Shown here: positions 31,627-41,151 of the stretch, one piece after another
Layout of the letters: every line of letters starts with the position of its first letter
Position numbering within the stretch: the first letter of the stretch is position 1
Origin: Candidatus Poseidoniaceae archaeon
GTDB taxonomy: Archaea; Thermoplasmatota; Poseidoniia; Poseidoniales; Poseidoniaceae
Assembly: GCA_049623485.1 (NCBI GenBank)
Contig: JBMZTB010000001.1
Coordinates: forward strand, 5,387-69,386
Reading direction: 5' to 3'
Length of the DNA: 64,000 bases
The notes under the pieces: generated by a model
Told to the model about the DNA's origin: nothing
What the model saw: only the letters and a program-made list of their open reading frames with translations
Databases searched by the model: none
Position numbers and translations under genes: made by a program

Positions 31627-32402
31627 TCCCATGCGGTTGGAGTGGCCATTAACCGATTCAAACCATGCTGGCACAACAAATGTACTGAATCAGTAGGGAG
31701 ATGTTCTCCTGGAATGATTAAATTTCCTAATCGTACTACTACGAGACTTGCTTTTGCATCTGGCAACTCATGTTCAGCTACAACTTCTGCTTCAATGGCC
31801 ATCGATGCACGTTTCATAATCAGGGGATTTGAATCCAATGATTCGATTGAGAACGCATCCCATTCACTCTCTTCTCTTGGAATTGGCTTGCAGGTTTGTT
31901 CTACGAGACGTGCATTTTCCTGATTTGGTTGAAGGAAATTCAGGACTGCTACTCCGTTTTCTCTGAGATTAGCAAGAGAGTCGCGAATTCGATTGTCTCG
32001 ATCAACGGATAACGATATGACGGCTAAGGGAGGAGAATTTGCAACGATGGACACAGACGTGTAAGGGGCTAAATTCCGAACTCCGTCCTCAGATTGAGTC
32101 CCTAGCATTACCAAGGGTCTTGGACTGACGAGATTTGAAAGAAATAGTGAACGTGCTTTATGATCCATTTTGCCTAAATCATGTGTTGATGCCTCAGAGT
32201 GGAGCGTTGGACTGATTTTGGTAAACCAACGGTCCAGTTCCCCTGCTTGAATTTCATCCAGTGCATGTCGAGTAAATTCACGATAAGTTTCCCATTGGGG
32301 AATTTCGTCAAGATCGTTTCGTTGTTGTTTACGAAGAATTGATGCATCTGCATATTCGATACATTTTGTTAGAAATTCTATGACGTGTTGCTTTCCTTCC
32401 AT
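31602..32402 (-). CDS. Flavin reductase-like (FMN-binding split-barrel) domain protein. Start placed at the internal Met so it does not overlap the upstream gene.
   Basis: Segment PRPLVMLGTQSEDGVRNLAPYTSVSIVANSPPLAVISLSVDRDN resembles the flavin reductase-like domain. Confidence 0.55.
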   Translation of the reverse strand: MEGKQHVIEFLTKCIEYADASILRKQQRNDLDEIPQWETYREFTRHALDEIQAGELDRWFTKISPTLHSEASTHDLGKMDHKARSLFLSNLVSPRPLVMLGTQSEDGVRNLAPYTSVSIVANSPPLAVISLSVDRDNRIRDSLANLRENGVAVLNFLQPNQENARLVEQTCKPIPREESEWDAFSIESLDSNPLIMKRASMAIEAEVVAEHELPDAKASLVVVRLGNLIIPGEHLPTDSVHLLCQHGLNRLMATPTAWDYNIDSNV

Positions 32403-32403
32403 G

Positions 32404-32883
32404 TCAACCCCTCTTCTTTTGATAGTCTTTTCTTTGCATATGGAATGTGGCTGGATTGCCTTTCCATACTTCGTCCTGTGGAATCGATTTGGTGAGCACT
32501 GAACCTGCACCAAGAACTGAATTTGCCCCAATTATGACGCCAGGAAGAATGGTCGACCCTCCGCCGATGACGGTATTTTGACAAATTGTTACAGGTTCCC
32601 ATTTTTCTTTATTTCCAGAAGGAGGATATTTATCGTTGAGAATAGTTGTATTTGGTCCAATAAAAACATTTGATTCGATAATGGTGTTGTCAGAGATGTA
32701 AGTGGAACCTTGGATTCGAGTATCATCTCCGATTGTTACTGTTCGGCCAATGTGGCACATGGCCCCGATAACGATGTTCTTCCCAACAACTAGTCCCTTT
32801 CCGATATAGCACGGCTCGTAAGCGTTCGACGTTGCATTGAGTGGAACAAGCTTGCCCCCAATGTCTTCGTCCATATTTCTCAC
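32404..32883 (-). CDS. Hexapeptide-repeat (left-handed beta-helix) acetyltransferase
   Basis: Repeated [LIV]G-x4 hexapeptides (IGANSVLGAGSVL, IGDDTRIQGSTYI). 159 aa. Confidence 0.7.
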   Translation of the reverse strand: MRNMDEDIGGKLVPLNATSNAYEPCYIGKGLVVGKNIVIGAMCHIGRTVTIGDDTRIQGSTYISDNTIIESNVFIGPNTTILNDKYPPSGNKEKWEPVTICQNTVIGGGSTILPGVIIGANSVLGAGSVLTKSIPQDEVWKGNPATFHMQRKDYQKKRG

Positions 32884-33380
32884 TCTTCCAAAGACAGTTC
32901 ACGGAGTAACATCTCGACATGGCCTTTCGCACGAACGTTGTAACGACACCAGTCGATCGTACCGTCTGCACCGATAACGAATGTTGAGCGAACGCAACCC
33001 ATGTATTCTTTTCCGTAGTTCTTTTTCATGCGCCATGTGCCAAACTGATCATGCAGTGAGCCCTCAACGTCGAGGAGCAGCGGGAAATTGAGTTCTTGTT
33101 TCGAAATAAACTTTTGATGAGATTTTTCTGAATCTTTTGAAACGCCTAATACTTCATAACCCTCAGATTTCAGTCGGGCCATGTTGTCTCTGAAATCACA
33201 CGCTTGCTTTGTGCACCCTGGTGTCGAATCTCTCGGATAGAAATACAAAATCACTCGCTTGCCTTGTTGTATATACTCTGATGAGGAGTGGATTACTCCG
33301 TTCGAATCAGTGGCAGAAAATGTTGGTGCTGGCATTCCGACTTCAAGCGTTATTGGTTCGGGCATGACCTGACGTAGCAA
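32880..33380 (-). CDS. bcp: Peroxiredoxin (Bcp/PrxQ-type thiol peroxidase)
   Basis: FYPRDSTPGCTKQACDFRD matches the peroxidatic Cys motif (PxxxTxxC). 166 aa. Confidence 0.8.
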   Translation of the reverse strand: MLRQVMPEPITLEVGMPAPTFSATDSNGVIHSSSEYIQQGKRVILYFYPRDSTPGCTKQACDFRDNMARLKSEGYEVLGVSKDSEKSHQKFISKQELNFPLLLDVEGSLHDQFGTWRMKKNYGKEYMGCVRSTFVIGADGTIDWCRYNVRAKGHVEMLLRELSLEE

Positions 33381-33530
33381 CCATTTGACATCAATGCTTG
33401 GTTTTCGCCGTTGGGAAAGGCGAAACGCTCTGCTGAGAGGCTATGCATAATGAGTATTTTTCCATGCATTTTAAATATACGGGCGCTTTTTTCCAATTGA
33501 TTGATAAACTGCCCTGTTCCAGTATAATCT

Positions 33531-33962
33531 ATGGCGGGTCCAAGCATGTCGCGAAGGTGCCGCAAATATTTCAAGAAGATTCAACGCACGAAGACAAAAT
33601 ATGATCTTCAAAGCATTGCTTCGAATATCCAAAGCGAACTTGACCGTAGAAACATCACGTACGACGAAGCTTTGACGTTGGGTAATTTCATCCAGAACCG
33701 TGCAGATCAGTTGCCAGGAAATTCAATCGTCTACGCCGTCTCAGACCGAGATGCATATCGCCGTACGCTTGAGATTTATCTGAGAGACGCCCTTCTGACC
33801 CGTACTGAACAATTACTGCTGTGGGAGGAGCGACGTCGACTCGGAATAACTGACGAGGAACATGATCGACTCTTAGGTCAGTTGCTAGAGGTATGGAAGT
33901 CCCAAGGAAAGTCCGTGACCATTCAACGATTTGAGAAAGCAGGAGGTACCTCAAATGCTTAA
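33531..33962 (+). CDS. Hypothetical 143-aa protein, stop-start coupled to the downstream giant surface protein
   Basis: Recognised only as an ORF with a basic N-terminus. Its TAA stop overlaps the alternative start of the giant protein (ATGCTTAA, about 33955). Confidence 0.4.
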   Translation: MAGPSMSRRCRKYFKKIQRTKTKYDLQSIASNIQSELDRRNITYDEALTLGNFIQNRADQLPGNSIVYAVSDRDAYRRTLEIYLRDALLTRTEQLLLWEERRRLGITDEEHDRLLGQLLEVWKSQGKSVTIQRFEKAGGTSNA

Positions 33963-36900
33963 GCAAAAAGGCATCCCTGTATTGCTTGTTGCCTTGTTCT
34001 TAGTGCAGGTTTCATTGCCTTTCGTCGATGCTGAGGAAACCTCTGGTAGAGCAGGTCCTGACTTTCAAGTATCGGGGATGAAATTTGATGGTGCAGGGTC
34101 GATCAGTGACAGTTCTGGACTGATCCTCGCCCCTGATACACACACTGTTCGAATCGATGTATCGAATGTGGGCACGTCTGCAGGAAACGCATTCCTCTCC
34201 TTAGTCCACAAAGGATCTCCTAACGCTGCTGAAAACACTGTGGATACAGTAGATTTAGGTTCAATTTCAGGTGGTTCTGCAACAACAACATATTTGCTTT
34301 CATGGACAGCAACAACAGGGCCATCACAAACACTCTTCGCTCGAGTTTCAAGTGCAAACGACGGAAATATGGTAAACAATGAATACAGGAGAGATTTTGA
34401 TGTAGAAACGTTGCACGAAGGGGCTATTATTGGCGATACATTGCCAACCATTGCTCCTGGGAATGCCAATGTCGCCCTCGATCGGCAATCGCATTCATTC
34501 AACACAACCATCCGAAACGATGGGGTCATGCCCTTTTCAGCTGTCATGCACTTCACGCTTACCAATGCGTCAGCAAGCCCTTCAACAGTTGACATCTGGT
34601 CTAATACCCAAACATTGGCTCCAGGCTCGATTTTCGCCTCTTCAGAAGGTCAAGAATTGATGGGGACGTTTTCCGCATCCACTTTAAGTGGATTATGGAA
34701 TATGTCTGTAGAAGTCGTCCTCAACGGAACAGGTTGGACTGAAACACAAACTTACTCTGAATTTGACATTGTTTTCAGCGATTACATATCAGAAATGGTA
34801 GGTCCTTCGGATCGAACAACCTCCCCGGGAGATTCAACGACATTGTATTACATTATTCGAAATACTGGGAGTTCAACTGATTCCTTCACGATCTCCGTAT
34901 CAAGCACTCTTGGATGGGCTTCCACCTCTTTGCATGGAACCATCACCCAATTCATTGGAGTTGGAGAGACAACGACTCTTGCAGTGACTGTATCAGTCCC
35001 GGCAAATGCTCTTTTATCCGATATTGACATCGTTTCATTGACAATCACATCTGCGGGCAGCGGCTATGTTTTGTCGGACACAACACGGGTGATGGCGGGA
35101 GAATTCCTTCAAGCAACAGTGGATCTCGTTGATACAACAACAATGGTCATACCCGGTCTTACCGAAACAGTATCGTTTACTGTAACCAACACAGGAAATG
35201 CTCCGACGACATTTAATCTCAATTCAGGGCTCTCTTTTAACGCTCTCAATTGGGGTCACAGTTTGTCAATTTCGAACACTGGTGAATTGCAAGTCGGTGA
35301 GGTCGTAACTGGTTTCGTCACGGTGGATGTACCTTCAATACAGATGCCATTGGTGCCTGCTGAACACAATCGTGCAGGTGATAGTTTGAGCGTGTATATC
35401 TTCGCAGAAGCAGATACGGGCAGCATTCCAACTTCAGATACAGCCCAAATCGAGGTGCGGCCTATTATTGCTGTAGATCCTGGATTGCCGCTCGAAAGTA
35501 TTACTCTCAGTGAAAGCGAAATTCTCGCTGCCGGTGAATCTACAGGAATCAATGAAATTCTTGGCCTAAATGTGCAAGTACGACACAATCTTGCAACGGA
35601 TCTTACCGAAACTGTTGATGCTGATTTGGAAGTAGGCAACATTACCTTTGAAGCACTCTCTTCTGGTGGTTTCAACGAGATTGATCGTTGGAATGCTTCG
35701 GTTACACCAAGCCAAACGACAGGCCTTTCATTGGGCCAGAGCTTCGCAGCATCCCTCGGAATTCAAAGTCGCTCGGGGCAGGTTCCTCTTGCAGGAACGA
35801 TTAAAATTCCAATAAAAACAACTCCTACTCTGAGTGCAACGCACGTCGCATCTTCTGTTTATGCTCCAGAAATTACAGAAAACCTCTCGATTATTATTCC
35901 AAAGGTCATTGATGGAGAAATCACAGAAACAGGACCGCTCGATGCAAATGTGGGCATCGACACTGATTTCTTGTTCACTTTTGGAAACACTGGCAATGAC
36001 CGCTCCTCGTACCGATTAGAGATTGTTCAAAATTTACCAAGCGGATGGGAAGCAGGACTTACAACAACAAGCCCAAACAATACGATTGTTGACCTAGCAA
36101 GCGACCTCGAAGATTATCCTGCTACATCAGGTGCTCACCTTTCTCTGGTCACCTTGACCGTGAAAACACACCCACTTGCTCCTTCAGGTCTTCTCCAACC
36201 CCTTACAGTGCGATATTATGACTTGGATTCAGGCAGTTATGTCGGTGAGCAAACAATGGACATTAGGGTCGGAGAAACCATCAACGCTACGTTGACTCCT
36301 AGCAGCCAAGTCATTGAGTCGACACCATACGAGTCGCCATCTGCCTTTGTTATCATTAAGAACACGGGGAATGGACCGACTACGTACAGCGTTTCACTCG
36401 ATGATGGAGGATATGATGATGTTGGATTTGAACTCGATACTTCGAGCAGTGTTATCATTGCAGCAGGATATGAGTCTGCAGTACGCGTCAATATCATCCC
36501 GACGGAAGACGCAAGCGCTGACAATATCTACATGGCTACCTTGAAAGTCTCCTTGATTAATGAAAATGGCACATTGATTGAACTGTTTGCCGACATCGTT
36601 GCAAACATGTCTGAAGTTCATGACGTTGTCCTCAACACTCCAGAAAGTTTGGCAGCTGTCCCAGGCACGATCGTTACACTCCCATTTGATTTGGAAAATA
36701 CTGGAAATTTAGTTGAAACAGTGAATGTGAACATCTCAGTTGACGGCGGTTGGGATACAACACCGGTCATTCAATCGTTTACACTTCCAATCGATGGGAC
36801 TTCATCTGGAACTTTTGATATTACAATTCCTGCACTTGATGGTTCTGATAACATGCTTAATGGCGCAATCCATGATGCCAATATCACGGTTTCAAACACT

Positions 36901-38829
36901 GCAACTGGAGTGGTGTATGTTGAAAGCAAGGTGCAACTCCTCGTTGCTCCAGTGTTCACTTACACGCTCGAGGGCTGGGAAAGCGAGTATTACTTCCATC
37001 AAGGAGATAATCGTGAATGGACGGCATTTATCACCAACACAGGAAACCAAGATGTGATCGTGAATGTCGGATACCAAATTTTCATGCCTGGCCTTGCCAT
37101 AGAAAGCGATGCTTGGAGTGTATCTGGTGCCTCGCCTACTCAGTTGTCCTTGCCAAGAAATGTCCCAGTTGCATTGTCAGTTGGCGCAAATGCGGAGGAA
37201 ACAAATCCTGATCTGACTACTGCTGCCGATTTCCGCATTACTTTAACTCCAACCGATGTTGATGTTGACGGCAGTGGTGAATTTACAACTCAATTGAAGA
37301 TGAAACGGTTGTTTGATATAGGATATGCAGATCAATTACAAGCACCTGCGAATGATGATCCGATAGCAGTTTTCATACCATATTCGCACATTCCTTCATC
37401 GAACGATGCTCCTACAAACTACTCGATTGAAATCTGTGGAATCACTCGCTTATTGGACTTTAATTCGATAGGACTCTCAGAAGAGGATTACGTATGGAAT
37501 ATTTCCATCATCAATTTAGAAGGCGCAGAATCCACTCATTACGTCAATTTGACACAACCATGCGTACCTGGCACAAATGTAATCGAACTTCCTGAGAGAG
37601 TGAAGTACGTACAATCGCCACCATTGACATTCATGGTGAAAGTACCTGACCGACCAAATATTCTCCCTGGTGATGGGTTTGACCTCGACATTCGCCTCTA
37701 CCATCCAGATGAGCACAACGGATATACGGTGTATACCGAAGAAACGTTTACTTTCGCCCTCAATATGTATGCTGATCCAATGATCGATGCATCATCACAG
37801 CGTATTGTTGATGCTGATGGAAATGAACTCGATGAGATCATGGAAGGCCAGACCGCTTATCTCGAATTCACTTTGAAAAACGAAGGGACAGCTCTTGCAC
37901 TTGGGATCAACTCAAACCTCGAATGTACAGGCCTCGTTATCAATGACAAAACACCCATTGTATCCTTTTTGCCAGAAGGGGCTGAAGAAACCCTACGTTG
38001 GCAAGTTACTGGGGAAACCCTTGACTGGTGGGAGCAAAGCATTGAAGCGGATTGTAAAGTCTCTATCATTTCTTCGTATGCTCTGAACAATGTTGTCGAA
38101 AACGATGAGGTTGTTTTCACTCAAGAGATTGACTCGAGCGCACCTTCTCCAATTACAGTACTGGCCGGATTTGGTATTGCTTTGATCATCACAATCGGAT
38201 TACTCGGTCTTACGAATCAAAATGAAAAATACAGGCTTGGTGCAGTCTACTCTGGAGTCATTATGCTCGGTTTTTCCTTCCATTTACTCGATTATATCTG
38301 GTGGGGTCCGGGCATCATAGCCATCACATCCTTCTGGGTTTGGCGAATGGCATGGCGAAGCAGCGAGGAATTCAGGTACATTCACGAAGATTACCAACGG
38401 GCTCGAAAAGGTATTTCGACAATTTATGCTGACCACTTCCAAGCACTGGCTGACTCAAGAAGGCAACTCACTGTGATCCTAAGTCTTCCAATTCTTGGAT
38501 TCATCGCAGTAATCCTAGGGCTACCGCCTCAAATGTCCCCAGATGAAACTAATTTAATCAGTCTCGTAGGCTACATCCTAGTCTCAACAATTGTTGTTTG
38601 GCTTATACTACGGCGTTCAAACAGCATGTATGGTTCACTCTACGGACGTTTGACGGATATCGAAGTCAAAGCAACACGAATCGAACGAGACCTCGGAGAT
38701 CCTGCACGCTTACTCAATGATCTTGCAATGGAAGGGCTAGACCTCTCTGCAATTATCGAACAACCTCAACCCGCTGTTGGGGCTGAATCAACCGAGGAGG
38801 TGATGTCTGATGGCGAAGAGCAAATCTGA
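33931..38829 (+). CDS. Giant (1632 aa) surface protein: signal peptide, multiple CARDB/DUF11-like beta-sandwich repeats, C-terminal polytopic membrane domain, acidic tail
   Basis: N-terminal IPVLLVALFLVQVSLPFVDA. Recurrent [IL]xNTGN motifs (IRNTGSSTDSF, VTNTGNAPTTF, IKNTGNGPTTY, LENTGNLVETV, ITNTGNQDVIV, LKNEGTALAL). About 5-6 hydrophobic helices in the last 220 aa. Confidence 0.7.
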   Translation: MRKQEVPQMLKQKGIPVLLVALFLVQVSLPFVDAEETSGRAGPDFQVSGMKFDGAGSISDSSGLILAPDTHTVRIDVSNVGTSAGNAFLSLVHKGSPNAAENTVDTVDLGSISGGSATTTYLLSWTATTGPSQTLFARVSSANDGNMVNNEYRRDFDVETLHEGAIIGDTLPTIAPGNANVALDRQSHSFNTTIRNDGVMPFSAVMHFTLTNASASPSTVDIWSNTQTLAPGSIFASSEGQELMGTFSASTLSGLWNMSVEVVLNGTGWTETQTYSEFDIVFSDYISEMVGPSDRTTSPGDSTTLYYIIRNTGSSTDSFTISVSSTLGWASTSLHGTITQFIGVGETTTLAVTVSVPANALLSDIDIVSLTITSAGSGYVLSDTTRVMAGEFLQATVDLVDTTTMVIPGLTETVSFTVTNTGNAPTTFNLNSGLSFNALNWGHSLSISNTGELQVGEVVTGFVTVDVPSIQMPLVPAEHNRAGDSLSVYIFAEADTGSIPTSDTAQIEVRPIIAVDPGLPLESITLSESEILAAGESTGINEILGLNVQVRHNLATDLTETVDADLEVGNITFEALSSGGFNEIDRWNASVTPSQTTGLSLGQSFAASLGIQSRSGQVPLAGTIKIPIKTTPTLSATHVASSVYAPEITENLSIIIPKVIDGEITETGPLDANVGIDTDFLFTFGNTGNDRSSYRLEIVQNLPSGWEAGLTTTSPNNTIVDLASDLEDYPATSGAHLSLVTLTVKTHPLAPSGLLQPLTVRYYDLDSGSYVGEQTMDIRVGETINATLTPSSQVIESTPYESPSAFVIIKNTGNGPTTYSVSLDDGGYDDVGFELDTSSSVIIAAGYESAVRVNIIPTEDASADNIYMATLKVSLINENGTLIELFADIVANMSEVHDVVLNTPESLAAVPGTIVTLPFDLENTGNLVETVNVNISVDGGWDTTPVIQSFTLPIDGTSSGTFDITIPALDGSDNMLNGAIHDANITVSNTATGVVYVESKVQLLVAPVFTYTLEGWESEYYFHQGDNREWTAFITNTGNQDVIVNVGYQIFMPGLAIESDAWSVSGASPTQLSLPRNVPVALSVGANAEETNPDLTTAADFRITLTPTDVDVDGSGEFTTQLKMKRLFDIGYADQLQAPANDDPIAVFIPYSHIPSSNDAPTNYSIEICGITRLLDFNSIGLSEEDYVWNISIINLEGAESTHYVNLTQPCVPGTNVIELPERVKYVQSPPLTFMVKVPDRPNILPGDGFDLDIRLYHPDEHNGYTVYTEETFTFALNMYADPMIDASSQRIVDADGNELDEIMEGQTAYLEFTLKNEGTALALGINSNLECTGLVINDKTPIVSFLPEGAEETLRWQVTGETLDWWEQSIEADCKVSIISSYALNNVVENDEVVFTQEIDSSAPSPITVLAGFGIALIITIGLLGLTNQNEKYRLGAVYSGVIMLGFSFHLLDYIWWGPGIIAITSFWVWRMAWRSSEEFRYIHEDYQRARKGISTIYADHFQALADSRRQLTVILSLPILGFIAVILGLPPQMSPDETNLISLVGYILVSTIVVWLILRRSNSMYGSLYGRLTDIEVKATRIERDLGDPARLLNDLAMEGLDLSAIIEQPQPAVGAESTEEVMSDGEEQI

Positions 38830-39802
38830 GGACGTCGACTTTGCAATGGATGCCGATCTTGAAGATGGTGACCTAGCGGATGCACAAGCTGCAATCGCTG
38901 CTTCCACGGAAAGTGCACAACGTCTAATGCAAGCAAGCAGGGAGCTTGAAACGCTCGTTCAAGGAGTTGTAAGTGACGAAGTTAACTCACTTGCTACAAC
39001 TGAACTCGACATGCTACAAGCACGCTCATTCCTTGAAGCACATCGACTTCGAAGAGCCCGCCGCAGTGTTAAAAAGGCTGAGAAGGCGCTCGAAGTCCTA
39101 GAGGAAGATGTTCTCTATCTGCGTAGAAGTATTGCAATGCTTCACCGATTGTTGCGCGAAAAAGCCCTTGCAGAAGAGGAAGTAGAAAACGTCCTTAGAA
39201 GACTCCGTAACGCTACTGGTGCAGCAGAAATTGGAGATGTTGGGTATGCTGCAACAGAAGTTGAATACCTTGTTGACGATCTCATCGGGGGTAATTCTTC
39301 AACGCTTAACCCGTTCCTATTCAGGCACTTCTGGCTCTCAGTCGATACTCGATGGCCTGCAGGTGGTGAAACCGGAGTTCTCCTTGTTCGAATCATCAAC
39401 GATGGTGACATCCCTCTTCCGATGATGCGATTGCAACCTCCAGTACCGCATGGATGGATTTCTAATCCTTCGTTCATCGATGTACCGGTCATCGGTCCAG
39501 GGGGCAATTTACCAGTTCGGTTTGAAATCAAGGCCGATCGACGACACGGTTCAGATGAAGTTCCCCTTTCTCGAAAACTTTCAATAGCGACCGGGTATGA
39601 AATGAGGAATGGCAATGTTATGGTGACAATACGTGCTCAAAATCGTTCCATGGAGCCTCTATCAGATGTTCTCATCAATCCTTGGCTTCCACCAGGCTTT
39701 ACAGCTGACAAAGTGCCTTTCATCGGCAGATTAACTCCTGACGAAGTAGCAGTAATACGCATGCCACTTCGCATCGACTTGGGTCAAGGAGGTGCTTCTT
39801 GA
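38810..39802 (+). CDS. Hypothetical 330-aa protein with an N-terminal acidic/coiled-coil region and a C-terminal beta-rich domain. Its start overlaps the giant protein's stop by 20 nt. It lies directly upstream of the archaellins.
   Basis: ORF only. Heptad-like charged N-terminus. No recognisable catalytic motif. Confidence 0.5.
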   Translation: MAKSKSEDVDFAMDADLEDGDLADAQAAIAASTESAQRLMQASRELETLVQGVVSDEVNSLATTELDMLQARSFLEAHRLRRARRSVKKAEKALEVLEEDVLYLRRSIAMLHRLLREKALAEEEVENVLRRLRNATGAAEIGDVGYAATEVEYLVDDLIGGNSSTLNPFLFRHFWLSVDTRWPAGGETGVLLVRIINDGDIPLPMMRLQPPVPHGWISNPSFIDVPVIGPGGNLPVRFEIKADRRHGSDEVPLSRKLSIATGYEMRNGNVMVTIRAQNRSMEPLSDVLINPWLPPGFTADKVPFIGRLTPDEVAVIRMPLRIDLGQGGAS

Positions 39803-39846
39803 CCCCATCCATATCCACCCTCGAATGAGGGAGGACGAGTAAAAAA

Positions 39847-39852
39847 AGGTGA
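39847..39852 (+). promoter_or_regulatory. Shine-Dalgarno-like AGGTGA 5 nt upstream of the flaB1 ATG
   Basis: aggtgaAATAAatg read directly. The same GGTGA motif occurs before flaB2 (40447..40453). Confidence 0.4.
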
Positions 39853-39857
39853 AATAA

Positions 39858-40448
39858 ATGAAAAACCAAAAAGAAACGAAGCAAGACGAACTTGCTGCAA
39901 TTGGTATCGGTGCAATGATTGTATTCATTGCGTTGATTCTTGTTGCAGCAGTCGCAGCAGCGGTCATTATTCAGACCGCAGAAAAGCTGCAACAGAACGC
40001 ACAAGCCAGCGGTGACGACACCCAAGAGCAAATGTCAACCAAGTTGACCTTGATCAATGTCGTTATCGAAACCATTGATGACGCAGCTAGCACTTACGAC
40101 CTATTTGCTACCTTCGAGTTGGCGCCTGGTTCAGAACCTACTGAAGGTGACGACATTGGTTACACTGTAATCTGTGAAGACCCAGACGGTGGCGGCGTAG
40201 GAGTGGCTACAACCGAATTCGCTCAAGGCGACCTCACTGGTGCAACCCTTCACACTGGTGATGGTGCTGGAGGTGCTGCGATCACACTCAACCCAGGCAC
40301 GACCTATGTCGTTGTTCTGAACATCGATGAGTGTGCACCGGTTGCAAACACAGACCACATTATGATCTTCACTGTCATCGGTGGAGGTAGCACATACGAA
40401 GAACTCCAATACGGTAGCTCTCCGACTGTAGGAGACATTGTTGTTTGA
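39858..40448 (+). CDS. flaB1: Archaellin (archaeal flagellin) paralog 1, with class III (type IV pilin-like) signal peptide
   Basis: N-terminal AIGIGAMIVFIALILVAAVAAAVIIQTAEKL is the conserved archaellin hydrophobic domain. 196 aa. First gene of the fla operon. Confidence 0.9.
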   Translation: MKNQKETKQDELAAIGIGAMIVFIALILVAAVAAAVIIQTAEKLQQNAQASGDDTQEQMSTKLTLINVVIETIDDAASTYDLFATFELAPGSEPTEGDDIGYTVICEDPDGGGVGVATTEFAQGDLTGATLHTGDGAGGAAITLNPGTTYVVVLNIDECAPVANTDHIMIFTVIGGGSTYEELQYGSSPTVGDIVV

Positions 40449-40459
40449 GGTGATGAAAA

Positions 40460-41098
40460 ATGAAGAACACACAAGAAAAGAACATGGAAAACGATAGCCT
40501 AGCTGCAATTGGTATCGGAGCAATGATTGTATTCATCGCTTTGATTCTTGTTGCTGCTGTTGCTGCTGCAGTTATTATCCAAACTGCAGAAAAGCTTCAA
40601 CAGAACGCACAATCAACAGGTGACGACACAACAGACGAGATGTCTGGTAAAGTCCAAATCCTCAACGTCTTTGTCGACGACCCCGCAAGCGATTACGTGA
40701 TTTACTTCAGACTCGCTGCAGGTTCAGATGACACTGCGGCAAACGACATCCTATGGCAAGTCTTCTGCGAAGACCCAGACGGTGGCGGCGCAGGGCCTCC
40801 CGCAGTAGCTACAACCGATCGAATTGCCGGAGACTTCAGTGACGGATCGGCGCCTACCGCTGGTTTCGGTGAAATCATCCCATTAGATGCTGATCCTGCA
40901 GCCGAAGTTGATGTCGCAGAAGCAGGTGTCGCATACCGATACTCCCTCAACGCAGTTGATGGAACTGATGACTGCAGCCCGAACCACCTTTTCACTGAGA
41001 ACATCAAGGCTTCCTTGTACATCCACGTTGTTGGTGGAGGAAGCACATACGACGTTCTCAAGGTCAACGACGCTTCTCGTGGAGCAGTGGTGGTCTGA
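40460..41098 (+). CDS. flaB2: Archaellin paralog 2 (tandem duplicate)
   Basis: Same conserved N-terminal 40 aa as flaB1, with synonymous nucleotide differences. Shared CEDPDGGG and VxGGGSTY motifs. Confidence 0.9.
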   Translation: MKNTQEKNMENDSLAAIGIGAMIVFIALILVAAVAAAVIIQTAEKLQQNAQSTGDDTTDEMSGKVQILNVFVDDPASDYVIYFRLAAGSDDTAANDILWQVFCEDPDGGGAGPPAVATTDRIAGDFSDGSAPTAGFGEIIPLDADPAAEVDVAEAGVAYRYSLNAVDGTDDCSPNHLFTENIKASLYIHVVGGGSTYDVLKVNDASRGAVVV

Positions 41099-41103
41099 GT
41101 CGA

Positions 41104-41141
41104 CCTGCGTAATGTCTTACCTTCGGGTATGACAACGCAGG
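41104..41141 (+). terminator. Long imperfect hairpin with a UUCG tetraloop between flaB2 and the next fla gene; possible attenuator, RNA-stability or processing element
   Basis: cctgcgtAAtgtcttaccTTCGggtatgacAacgcagg gives a 15-16-bp stem with one mismatch and a uucg loop. There is no oligo-T tract after it, and its 3' side overlaps the AGGAGG RBS of the next gene. Confidence 0.35.
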
Positions 41142-41151
41142 AGGTTGTACC

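Noticed and set aside
34065-34595. 176-aa reverse-strand ORF within the 1632-aa surface protein gene
   Set aside because: It is antisense to a continuous 4.9-kb frame with repeated domain motifs, and has no independent support.
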